This document shows positions 55,869 through 64,000 of a stretch of 64,000 nt of DNA, in pieces. The position numbers and the translations under genes were made by a program. This DNA comes from an uncultured Bacteroidota bacterium (lineage in GTDB: Bacteria > Bacteroidota > Ignavibacteria > Kryptoniales > JAKASW01), in assembly GCA_963790995.1 (NCBI GenBank), contig CAWBQQ010000001.1, positions 514,034 to 578,033 on the forward strand, given 5' to 3'. Numbering within the stretch: the stretch's first letter is position 1; each line of letters begins with the position of its first letter. The notes beneath the pieces are model-generated. The model ran no database searches, was not told where the DNA came from, and worked only from the letters and a program-made list of their open reading frames with translations.

Positions 55869-57671
55869 CTATAATTCCGCAAGTTTTTTCTCAAGCTCAG
55901 CAAGTTTGGAAAGCTTCCCTTCGTACTCCGCAATTTTCACCGAGGCCTCGGATGTGGTTTTCTCCCGAATCGCCATGGCATCTGCAATTATTTTCTCGAT
56001 TTTTTCGAGATGCTCGTTTACAATATCGCTCAAGGTGTTGCCGACCTTCATCATGCTCTTGTCGATCCGCCTTATAAAATCGTAACGCGCCCTTCCGCAT
56101 TGCCTGTCGAATTCGACCCTGAGAGTGTCCAGCTCTTTTCTGTGGATCAGATGTTTGGCAAGCCCTCCCGGAAGCATCTTCACAATCGCATCGGAAAGTT
56201 CTTCGAGAGACGGTTTTATGTCTTCTAAAATGAAATAATAAAATTCGGTCTCGTCGGTGAAAAGCGGATAACTCTCCACTCTCTGGAATTCGACGCTAAA
56301 CAGCTCCGCAGCGTGCTGGTACACATCGTCTATAAGAGAGTTCATCCTGTTGAACAACTCCTCTACTCCCGCGTTGAATTTACCTTTTACTTTTGCTTCC
56401 TCATCGTAACGCCATTTGTCCACAAATTCAGTTACAAGCTGCACGATCGCTTTGTTAAGCGCCTTAACAAACCTGGTGGAGCTCAAATGTTTGTCTCTTG
56501 CGGCGATCTCCTCAAAACGTCTTTCAACCTCGGGCTGGGTTCTCTTCTCAAAGATCGCGGTGTCTTCATTTATCATCGTCGTGATGTTATAGGCTGTATA
56601 AATGACCCCGGAAATATCTTCCTGCCTCTTTTGAATTTCTTTCTTGAACTGCCTGAACTCGTCTATCTTCTTCCGGAGGCTCTCCATTGATTCCGAATAT
56701 GCTTTCAATCGAAGCCGCGCGAGTGTAGACGCCTCGACGACGATCCTTCGAGCACGCCTTGATGCCACATCCATCATGACACCGGTTTTTTCTCTTGATA
56801 GAAAACCGGTCAAAGCATTTTCGAGCGATTGGAATTCCCGATTGAAGCGTTCGAGAACAGGATTGCTTTTCTCTTCTAATTCCTCGCCGGCATTCTTCCT
56901 TGCAAGCAGCGCAGATTTCGAGCTTACAAGAAAAAGTTTAATGCTATTCTGTGTCACTTCCATTTCATTCGCCAGCGATTCGTTTACGAACTCTGCCGCT
57001 TCCCTTCGTTCTGCCTCTGAGAGCAGATCCACTTTATTCAATACAAAAAATATCTTAGTGACATGCTCGCGAACGTTACGAAGAAATTCGACTTCGCCAA
57101 TACTGAGCGGCTGGTCGGCAGTCATTAGAAAAATCGTCGCGTCGGACTCAGGCAGGAACCGGGTTGCCGCATCTGTGTTGTGGGCGTAAATGGATCCAAC
57201 ACCGGGCGTATCGACAAGATAGACACCGTTTCTTAGAAAGTCACACGGCAGCGTGATATCGACTTCCCCGACGTTCTTCACATTTTCGGGATTTAGTCTT
57301 TCGGTAACGTATTCCGGCAGCCTGGCGCGCTCGATGGTTTCCGTGTGTCCATCGGTAAAAGTAACGGTTATTTTCTCGCTTGTGCCATGATGTAAGATAG
57401 TTACAATTGAGGTGAGCGGCACGACGGCGGTCGGAAGTATATTTTCGCCCACGAGTGCATTTATGAGCGTTGATTTTCCCCGCTTGAACTGGCCGACTAC
57501 GACGAGATTGAACTTTTCATCGGATATTTTTGCTGCTATGCTCTCAAGCCTCGACAGGAGATCGGGGAAGGATGCTGATAACTGCTGACGAAGGTTTTCG
57601 ATCAGCTCAAGAAATGCCGTCTTCTTTTCGCTTCCGCGGTGGGTTCTTTGCACATTCACAGCCGATGTCAT
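55869..57671 (-). CDS. Bacterial dynamin-like GTPase
   Basis: G1 GQFKRGKST, G3 DTPG, G4 NKVD, long helical C-terminus. 600 aa. Confidence 0.85.
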   Translation of the reverse strand: MTSAVNVQRTHRGSEKKTAFLELIENLRQQLSASFPDLLSRLESIAAKISDEKFNLVVVGQFKRGKSTLINALVGENILPTAVVPLTSIVTILHHGTSEKITVTFTDGHTETIERARLPEYVTERLNPENVKNVGEVDITLPCDFLRNGVYLVDTPGVGSIYAHNTDAATRFLPESDATIFLMTADQPLSIGEVEFLRNVREHVTKIFFVLNKVDLLSEAERREAAEFVNESLANEMEVTQNSIKLFLVSSKSALLARKNAGEELEEKSNPVLERFNREFQSLENALTGFLSREKTGVMMDVASRRARRIVVEASTLARLRLKAYSESMESLRKKIDEFRQFKKEIQKRQEDISGVIYTAYNITTMINEDTAIFEKRTQPEVERRFEEIAARDKHLSSTRFVKALNKAIVQLVTEFVDKWRYDEEAKVKGKFNAGVEELFNRMNSLIDDVYQHAAELFSVEFQRVESYPLFTDETEFYYFILEDIKPSLEELSDAIVKMLPGGLAKHLIHRKELDTLRVEFDRQCGRARYDFIRRIDKSMMKVGNTLSDIVNEHLEKIEKIIADAMAIREKTTSEASVKIAEYEGKLSKLAELEKKLAEL

Positions 57672-57680
57672 AAAATAAAA

Positions 57681-57706
57681 ACTCCTACTTTTGATTTAGT
57701 AGGAGT
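57681..57706 (-). promoter_or_regulatory. SD-sequestering, terminator-like hairpin immediately 5' of the dynamin-like gene
   Basis: Minus strand: ACTCCTAC-taaatcaaaa-GTAGGAGT-TTTTATTTT-ATG. The only AGGAG lies in the 3' arm of the stem. Confidence 0.4.
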
Positions 57707-58139
57707 CATCAACCGCTAAACTTTGCGATAATTCTTCGGCGAACTCCATCGCCGTACTGCAATTTAATAACCAGCCGGAAATCGAACAAGCGCCGCAAAA
57801 TGTCGAAGGTCAAAAAGCAAAAGTCATGAAAGCCATTAGCTATTAAAGTTTGAAAGCGGGAGTTAATTTTGAATTCCGATGTTCGCGAGATTCGAGCAGC
57901 GGCGTCTTGGAAGGTTGAGACGTTTTCTTGGCATCACGTAAACGATCGGGGCAGGATCGACAGGTCTCGAGTCAACGTTCGAGACGGCCGAGTAAAAAGT
58001 GAATGCGATGAAAAACACCAGTGCTCTCATGTGCCTAATTAAAATCACGATGTTTTTATTTGAAAGTCGAGGATTCAATCGGCGGGGATGGCACAAACGG
58101 ATGTCATTGATTCGAATCAATGGTTTATTAAATTTCGAC

Positions 58140-58541
58140 ATGAAAAAAGTTTTTGTAATTTTAGCTGCATTAATCGCCCTTTTATCCCTTGCATTATCAG
58201 CTTGCAAGAATGATTTGACGGGAAATGCTCCTATAGTGTTCCCGCCCTCAAACGTCAGCTACAGTAAGCAAGTTCAGCCCTTCATGGACGAGAAATGTGC
58301 TTTCCCCGGCTGCCACGATGACAATGCTCCAGGTACACCTGCAACGGTAAGCTTCACGACGTATGACAACATTTGCTATTCAGTGTCAGGAATAGTGGAA
58401 AAGGGAGATGCTAATGGGAGTTTGCTTGGAGAATATGTAAATGGCAAGTTCCAACACGACCCGCTGATGTCATCACTCATGAATCAAAATCAGGTTCAGG
58501 GAATAATAACGTGGATAAACGAAGGAGCTCCCGAGAACTAA
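58140..58541 (+). CDS. Lipoprotein with a PSCyt1-like (planctomycete cytochrome c-like) domain
   Basis: Lipobox LALSAC, CAFPGCH motif, C-terminal ITWINEGAP. The ORF track start 57999 is unlikely. Confidence 0.6.
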   Translation: MKKVFVILAALIALLSLALSACKNDLTGNAPIVFPPSNVSYSKQVQPFMDEKCAFPGCHDDNAPGTPATVSFTTYDNICYSVSGIVEKGDANGSLLGEYVNGKFQHDPLMSSLMNQNQVQGIITWINEGAPEN

Positions 58542-58605
58542 AATATTTCAAGAGTGAAAAAGTCGCTCTCCCACCTGTACAAAATATTTAGACGGGAATT
58601 CTCTT

Positions 58606-59553
58606 TTAGTTTTTGATCTCTAGCTTTGATTTTCGGTCGTATCTTCGCCCGCTCTTAACGGGGAATTTGGATCTCAATGTCTCCCAATCATCGTCTATGT
58701 TTCTTTGAATGATTTCGATTTGCTCATTCTTTAGATGTCGAAATCTCCCCTGCACTTTCAGATAATCACCGACATGCGTTCCGGCCGGTTCATGAGTTAA
58801 CCTGTAATCGACTCCGTCGAAAATCTCTATTAAAGGGAAAATCTTGCTTTCCACTGCCATCCGGGAAATCTTAATCGAGTCTTCCGGCTCGAATTTCCAT
58901 CCCGGCGGACATGGCGAAAAAACGTGAATGAATCTTGTGCCGTGAATACCTTTCGCTCTTTTAAGCTTCGCAACCATATCGTCCGGATAACCGACGCTTG
59001 CCGTTGCGATGTAGGGAATCCGGTGAGCGGCAAGAATTTCAATCATATTCTTTTTACGTTCCGACTTCGGCGAATTAGACGGTGTCGTAGTGGTCGATGC
59101 GCCGAGCGGCGTCGCCGAACTTCGCTGGTTGCCGGTGTTCATGTACGCCTCGTTGTCGTAACAAACGAAGATAAAATCATCATTGCGCTCGGCAGCGCCG
59201 GAGAGCGCTTGAAGCCCGATGTCGAACGTGCCGCCGTCTCCTGCAAAAGCGACGACTGTCGTTTCATGGTCGCCCTGCATTTCAAGGCCTGCTTTCACTC
59301 CGCTTGAAACGGATGCTGCAGTTTCAAATGCCGTGTGAAATACCGGTACACCCGCTGCAGAATACGGAACAGGCCCGTCGATTACCGACCAGCAAGAGGC
59401 AGGAATCACCAGGATTGTTTCCCTGCCGAGCGCCTTCAGCACAAAACGCATCGCCAGAGTTCCGCCGCAGCCAGGACACGCGTAATGACCCGGCGAAAGA
59501 ATCTCTTCGGACGGCAAATCATATTTTATTTGTGCCATGGCCTCTCTCTTCAA
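58606..59553 (-). CDS. 2-oxoacid:ferredoxin oxidoreductase beta (TPP-binding) subunit
   Basis: CPGCGGT and GDGGTFDIG...YDNEAYMNTGNQ motifs. Confidence 0.9.
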   Translation of the reverse strand: MKREAMAQIKYDLPSEEILSPGHYACPGCGGTLAMRFVLKALGRETILVIPASCWSVIDGPVPYSAAGVPVFHTAFETAASVSSGVKAGLEMQGDHETTVVAFAGDGGTFDIGLQALSGAAERNDDFIFVCYDNEAYMNTGNQRSSATPLGASTTTTPSNSPKSERKKNMIEILAAHRIPYIATASVGYPDDMVAKLKRAKGIHGTRFIHVFSPCPPGWKFEPEDSIKISRMAVESKIFPLIEIFDGVDYRLTHEPAGTHVGDYLKVQGRFRHLKNEQIEIIQRNIDDDWETLRSKFPVKSGRRYDRKSKLEIKN

Positions 59554-60830
59554 TTCCGCTCAGCCTCAGGCTGGCGTTTCTCAGAGGCGCTCTCTGAATC
59601 CGAAATCCGGCACACATCAGGACCATCTCCGGAATTCAAGCCGACCCAGTTCGTTTCGCTTTCCGGTGCATCATGGTTCATGACATACGAGAAAACCCCT
59701 CTGATAGTTTCGACAGTTATGTCGCGCCCGCCAAGCCCGGCAATAAACCCGAACAGCTTCGGCCTATCGGGAGAATTATAAAGAACTGCCTTTGCCTCTT
59801 GATAAATCATTCCGGTGGCGCCGAATGAAATATTCCTATCCAGTACTCCTATTTTGCCGACCCGCCGGGCGATCGAACGAATTTCCTCGACAGGAAACGG
59901 CCGAAACGTGCGCAATTTGGCAAGCCCGACTGGCAATCCGAGCCTTCGCATTTCGTCAACGGCAATACGCGCGGTACTCGCCGCGGTTGCAGATGTCAGG
60001 AGAACAACTTCCGCACCGTCCGTGCAATATTCTTCGACCAGGCCGCCGTAAGCACGTCCGAATTTGTCCGAATATTCGGCATCAACTCTGCGAATGACTT
60101 CTCGCGAATCCTCCATCGCCTGAAATAATTTGTAGCGCATCTCCATGTAGGCATCCGGTCCCATCAAAGCACCGAATGCGTGCGGATCACTAGGATCGAC
60201 TTTGAAGAAAGATTTTCTTGCCGGGAGAAATTCATCTACAATTTCCTGTTTAGGAATTGCGACCGGCTCCGACGTGTGGCTCAAGACAAACGCGTCAAGA
60301 TTTATCATAACCGGGAGCGAGACCGTTTCGGCAATTTTATACGCCTGCAAAACCGTGTCTAGAACTTCCTGGTTACTCTCTGCATAAAACTGAAGCCATC
60401 CGGTGTCGCGCTGCGAAAGGCTGTCATTATGGTCGACGTAGATTGACCATGGCGGGGCCATGGCACGATTGACATTAACCATCACAATCGGAAGCCTGCT
60501 TCCGGAAGCCCAGTGGAGAAGCTCATGCATGAGTGCAAGTCCCTGCGACGATGTTGCCGTAAATGCTCTTGCACCGCTTATTGAGGCACCGATACAACAT
60601 GCCATTGCCGAATGTTCGGATTCCACTTTTATGAATTTTGCGTTTAACTCGCCGCGGCTGACGATCTCGGAGAGCTTCTCCACGACTCCGGTCTGCGGAG
60701 TTATCGGATAGGCCGCGATCACTTGAACGCGCGATAATCTCACCGCGTGAGACGCAGCATGCGTTCCCTCGATGACAAGCACTTTGGCGATCGAGGGATG
60801 AGCCAGCCCCCGTTTTTCGTTTACGCCCAT
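59550..60830 (-). CDS. 2-oxoacid:ferredoxin oxidoreductase alpha subunit
   Basis: VIAAYPITPQT and the ...SSQGLALM pattern. 4-nt overlap with the beta subunit gene. Confidence 0.9.
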   Translation of the reverse strand: MGVNEKRGLAHPSIAKVLVIEGTHAASHAVRLSRVQVIAAYPITPQTGVVEKLSEIVSRGELNAKFIKVESEHSAMACCIGASISGARAFTATSSQGLALMHELLHWASGSRLPIVMVNVNRAMAPPWSIYVDHNDSLSQRDTGWLQFYAESNQEVLDTVLQAYKIAETVSLPVMINLDAFVLSHTSEPVAIPKQEIVDEFLPARKSFFKVDPSDPHAFGALMGPDAYMEMRYKLFQAMEDSREVIRRVDAEYSDKFGRAYGGLVEEYCTDGAEVVLLTSATAASTARIAVDEMRRLGLPVGLAKLRTFRPFPVEEIRSIARRVGKIGVLDRNISFGATGMIYQEAKAVLYNSPDRPKLFGFIAGLGGRDITVETIRGVFSYVMNHDAPESETNWVGLNSGDGPDVCRISDSESASEKRQPEAERN

Positions 60831-62554
60831 TTCTCGCCCTGTTCTCCTTCAAAATGAGATCCTTCCGGAATCAATTGCATTGCTCCGCGCGGGCATTCGC
60901 TGACACAAATTCCACAGCCTTTGCAATGCTCGTAATCGATCATATACTCTCCAGATTCATCCTTCTGAATCGCAACGTCGGGACAGAACGTCAGACAAAC
61001 GTCGCAATGTGTACATGTTCCACAATCGAAGCACCTATCTGCTTCTTCAATTGCACGCTCTTCGCTCAAGGTTTTGTTGACTTCACGAAATGACGATCTA
61101 CTTTTATCCAATGCAATTCTGGGAGCGGCGGCTTTTTTCCCATGCGGAAAATAAAAAGTGTTTATCTCATCGGCCCTGACGACATCATGGCTCAAGCCGT
61201 TTGTTCTCGTCCGCCATCCTAAATATTCATCTATTGATGTTGCGGCTTTCTTCCCTGCCATGATCGCATTCACAACAGTTCCGTTAGGATTTGTCGCCGC
61301 ATCTCCGCCCGCAAAGATTCCGGGTACGCCGGTTGCATGGTCTTCGTCAATAAATATTCTAATGCCTTTTCTCAAAAATGAATACGGCAGGAAAGACAAA
61401 TCCGGCTCTTCGCCGATCGAAGAAATCATTGTGTCTGCATGAATCGTAAAGTTGGAGCCTTTCACCGGGACCGGTTTTCTTCTGCCGCTCTCATCCGGCT
61501 CGCCAAGCTGCATTCGCATCAGCTCGATTCCGGAAATTCTTCCACGATTGCCGGTAATTCGAACCGGCGCGACAAGCAATTGAAACTTTACACCCTCTTT
61601 TTCAGCTTCTCCAACTTCCTCCGGCACTGCAGGCATCTCGGCGCGCGTTCGCCTATAAAGCAAAGTTACACTGCAGCGTGCTCCAGCTTTTTTCGCGAGA
61701 CGGAGCGCACTTCTTGCCGCATCGACAGCTGTATTGCCCCCGCCTATGACCAAAACGTTGCGGCCAATTTTTGGAATATCCCCTGTATTTAGTCGATATA
61801 GAAATTCAACCCCGTTGTAAACTCCCTTCAGGTCTCCGCCTTCGACTTCCAATTTTTTGCTTCGCATCGCGCCGACGGCTACAAAGACAGCGTCATATTT
61901 TTCAAGTTCGTTCCATAGGACGTTGCTACCTATCCTTGAGTCGGTCCGGATGTCAACACCAATGCTAACGATGTCGGCAATTTCTTTGTCAAGGACTTTT
62001 TCCGGCAGCCGGTAGCGAGGGATTCCATAACGAAGCATTCCTCCTGCCTGACGCTCCGCCTCATAAATGACCGCGCGATAGCCTTTTCTTGCAAGCTGGT
62101 ACGCACACGAAAGACCGGCAGGGCCGGAACCTACAACCGCGACCTTCTCACTTTTAGATACGTCGGTAATCGCCTGGATATTTTTATTATGAAAGTTTTT
62201 ATCGGCAACGAACCTTTCTATCGAGTGAATCGCGGCAGGTTCATCGTAAGCAGCTCTGTTGCACCCATTTTCGCAGGGGTGGTAGCAGACTCGCCCGGTG
62301 ACGCCCGGGATTGGATTATCTTCCAGTATTTTGTGCCATGCCTCTTCATATTTCTTCTCACGCACCAAATCGAAATATGCGGGTATTTTTTCTCCCGCCG
62401 GGCAACCCGCTTCACATGGCGATGTCCTATTTTTGTAAACGGGCCTCACGTGCCGCCAGCTTCCCGTCGATATTTGGCGTGTTGAGTCGAGCGAGAATGC
62501 CATCGGCGGCATCTCCTCTACATCTGTGAATTTATATCGTGCCACTTTGCTCAC
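60821..62554 (-). CDS. Chimeric GltD/NfnB-like NAD(P)H flavoprotein carrying PorD (delta, 2x[4Fe-4S]) elements
   Basis: N-terminal STGSWRHVRPVY (PorD-like). GltD core (GRVCYHPCENGC, VAVVGSGPAGL, GGMLRYGIPRYRLP). C-terminal CFDCGTCTHCDVCLTFCP...CKGCGICVSECP. Confidence 0.85.
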   Translation of the reverse strand: MSKVARYKFTDVEEMPPMAFSLDSTRQISTGSWRHVRPVYKNRTSPCEAGCPAGEKIPAYFDLVREKKYEEAWHKILEDNPIPGVTGRVCYHPCENGCNRAAYDEPAAIHSIERFVADKNFHNKNIQAITDVSKSEKVAVVGSGPAGLSCAYQLARKGYRAVIYEAERQAGGMLRYGIPRYRLPEKVLDKEIADIVSIGVDIRTDSRIGSNVLWNELEKYDAVFVAVGAMRSKKLEVEGGDLKGVYNGVEFLYRLNTGDIPKIGRNVLVIGGGNTAVDAARSALRLAKKAGARCSVTLLYRRTRAEMPAVPEEVGEAEKEGVKFQLLVAPVRITGNRGRISGIELMRMQLGEPDESGRRKPVPVKGSNFTIHADTMISSIGEEPDLSFLPYSFLRKGIRIFIDEDHATGVPGIFAGGDAATNPNGTVVNAIMAGKKAATSIDEYLGWRTRTNGLSHDVVRADEINTFYFPHGKKAAAPRIALDKSRSSFREVNKTLSEERAIEEADRCFDCGTCTHCDVCLTFCPDVAIQKDESGEYMIDYEHCKGCGICVSECPRGAMQLIPEGSHFEGEQGEKWA

Positions 62555-63164
62555 TATTAATCTGTTGTGCCAAATGCGGCTCCGCCTGCGGCGGACATTT
62601 TATGTCAACCCGGCTCATTGCTTCAACTGCTTCGTAGGCTTCCAGCGCTGCTGAGGCATTTTCATCGCGCTTGATCGGAACACCTTCGCGGATAGCCTCC
62701 ACTACGGCATCAATGCCGACCAGCCCGGTAAACTTTGCAAAAGCTCCAAGTATCGAAGTATTGACAATCGGCATGCTCCTCGTCCCGAGATTATGCCTCG
62801 CTGCAATTCCGGCCGCGTCCACTGCGGCAGCAAAATATTCTTCGGGAAAATCAAAAAGGCTTGCCGCGCCCGGCGAGTTCACGATGACCGTTCCACCATT
62901 CTTCAACCCTGAAAAAACATTCGTCGATTTGATCAGCGCGACGTTGAGAACTAGAAGATGGTCGGGCTCATATATTGCGGTTCGCAGCCGGACAGGTTTC
63001 TCATCGATTCTCGTGAACGCGAGAACCGGCGCGCCCCTTCTTTCGACTCCGAATGAAGGAAATGACTGCGCGAATTTTCCCTCCTTGAAAATTGCGGATG
63101 CAAGAATCTTCGCCGCGATGACTGCGCCCTGACCGCCACGACCATGCATACGAATTTCAATCAT
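62532..63164 (-). CDS. 2-oxoacid:ferredoxin oxidoreductase gamma subunit
   Basis: IRMHGRGGQGAVIAAKILA...FPSFGVERRGAPV. ATG at 63164 with RBS AAGGTGG; the track ORF extends to 63251. Confidence 0.88.
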   Translation of the reverse strand: MIEIRMHGRGGQGAVIAAKILASAIFKEGKFAQSFPSFGVERRGAPVLAFTRIDEKPVRLRTAIYEPDHLLVLNVALIKSTNVFSGLKNGGTVIVNSPGAASLFDFPEEYFAAAVDAAGIAARHNLGTRSMPIVNTSILGAFAKFTGLVGIDAVVEAIREGVPIKRDENASAALEAYEAVEAMSRVDIKCPPQAEPHLAQQINSEQSGTI

Positions 63165-63601
63165 GAGTTCTTCGTTCCACCTTTTTTGGAAAGCGCATCT
63201 TTCGACTCCTTTTCTCTCCGTGGGACCGCTTTGCTGATCCAGTAGATCCATTTTCGAGTGAGGGCTTTACATCCACACCCTTTTGCGTCAAATGCCGTGC
63301 CCGCAAAAACCTTAAATTTAGAGTGAATTAACCTGTCGCAGGATAAATATTCCACATTTTCCTGCGACAACATGCCACACGCCCGCCCGGAAAACACCCC
63401 GGCTCAAAAACAGAAGCGAAAATCAAAATTCAAAAGCTTATGAAATCACCAATCCGGCCACTTAGCACTCGACCGAGAAGTTTTTGTTTGATTATTGGGC
63501 TGCGTTTTTGGTTCGCTTTATGCCATGAATCTAAACTTTTCATTAGCGAAATTATTGCACGAAATTATAAATTCGAAGTTCACAAGTAAAAATAATTTAA
63601 G

Positions 63602-64000
63602 ATGAGTTATCTGGTCGATACGCATTCTCATTTAAATCACGGGAAATTCGTGAATGCCGGCGAAGTCCTGGACAAAGCCGCAGCTGCCGGCGTCGAGTTT
63701 GTCATAGTTCCCGGCTGGGATGTACCATCAAGTGAAAAAGCGATTGATCTTGCGGATAGATTCGAAAATGTCTTTGCGGCTGTCGGTGTTCATCCGCATG
63801 ATGCCTCGAAAGCCGATGATACTTCGCTGAAGAGAATTGCGGACCTTTCTTACAACAAAAAAGTCGTTGCCATCGGGGAAATCGGGCTTGACTACCATTA
63901 TGATTTCTCTCCGCCCGATGTCCAGAGAACGATTTTCGAAGAACAAATCGAAATTGCAAAATCAGCGAACCTTCCCGTCTCGGTTCACAACCGGGAGTCC
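63602..64000 (+). CDS. tatD: TatD-family metal-dependent hydrolase (5' partial, runs off the window)
   Basis: MSYLVDTHSHL...GVHPHDA...GEIGLDYHYD. Not in the ORF track because there is no stop in the window. Confidence 0.85.
   Translation, partial: MSYLVDTHSHLNHGKFVNAGEVLDKAAAAGVEFVIVPGWDVPSSEKAIDLADRFENVFAAVGVHPHDASKADDTSLKRIADLSYNKKVVAIGEIGLDYHYDFSPPDVQRTIFEEQIEIAKSANLPVSVHNRES

Noticed and set aside
57863-58030. Possible 55-aa secreted peptide (MRALVFFIAFTFYSAVS...).
   Set aside because: No RBS is present, it overlaps the 5' region of the opposite-strand lipoprotein gene, and there is no supporting feature.

Overview
64-kb chromosomal segment from a bacterium that looks like a member of the FCB superphylum (Ignavibacteriota/Bacteroidota-like). 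That placement is inferred only from several type-A T9SS C-terminal sorting domains (NYPNPFNPST...LKVYDVLGREV) and a CarboxypepD_reg-type TonB-dependent receptor. All product names come from motif recognition in the supplied translations; no database search was possible. About 55 protein genes were found, and no rRNA, tRNA or CRISPR array. Layout: (1) 0.2-35.6 kb is mostly housekeeping: PAS histidine kinase plus NarL-type regulator, LemA/TPM genes, DAHP synthase, gcvPB, HtrA, ribD/ribE, dxs, xseAB, GT9 heptosyltransferase, cdsA, priA, larC, gpsA and plsY. Two large T9SS-sorted secreted proteins also lie here, one of them a PLD/HKD-domain protein. (2) 35.7-42.2 kb is an accessory island. It holds six small co-oriented ORFs, two of them pseudogenes with in-frame TAGs, separated by modular palindromic spacers. 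It also holds a REP-associated tyrosine transposase (RAYT) with its hairpins, a 21-nt x10 tandem repeat and a MITE-like element. (3) 42.3-50.9 kb holds three tandem paralogues of a BNR/Asp-box-like (STNNGTSW) propeller protein with T9SS tails. One is split by an IS110/IS1111-family element. (4) 51-64 kb holds a TonB-dependent receptor, an MFS transporter, DUF190, crcB, a dynamin-like GTPase, a four-gene 2-oxoacid:ferredoxin oxidoreductase operon whose delta subunit is fused to a GltD-like NAD(P)H flavoprotein, and a partial tatD. Five otherwise conserved genes carry single +/-1 frameshifts, so sequence quality versus real gene decay must be resolved before any pseudogene call is trusted. The most interesting candidate is the spacer/ORF array at 35.7-39.9 kb, which looks integron-cassette-like (attC-like, no integrase in the window) or alternatively like a BIME-type REP mosaic.
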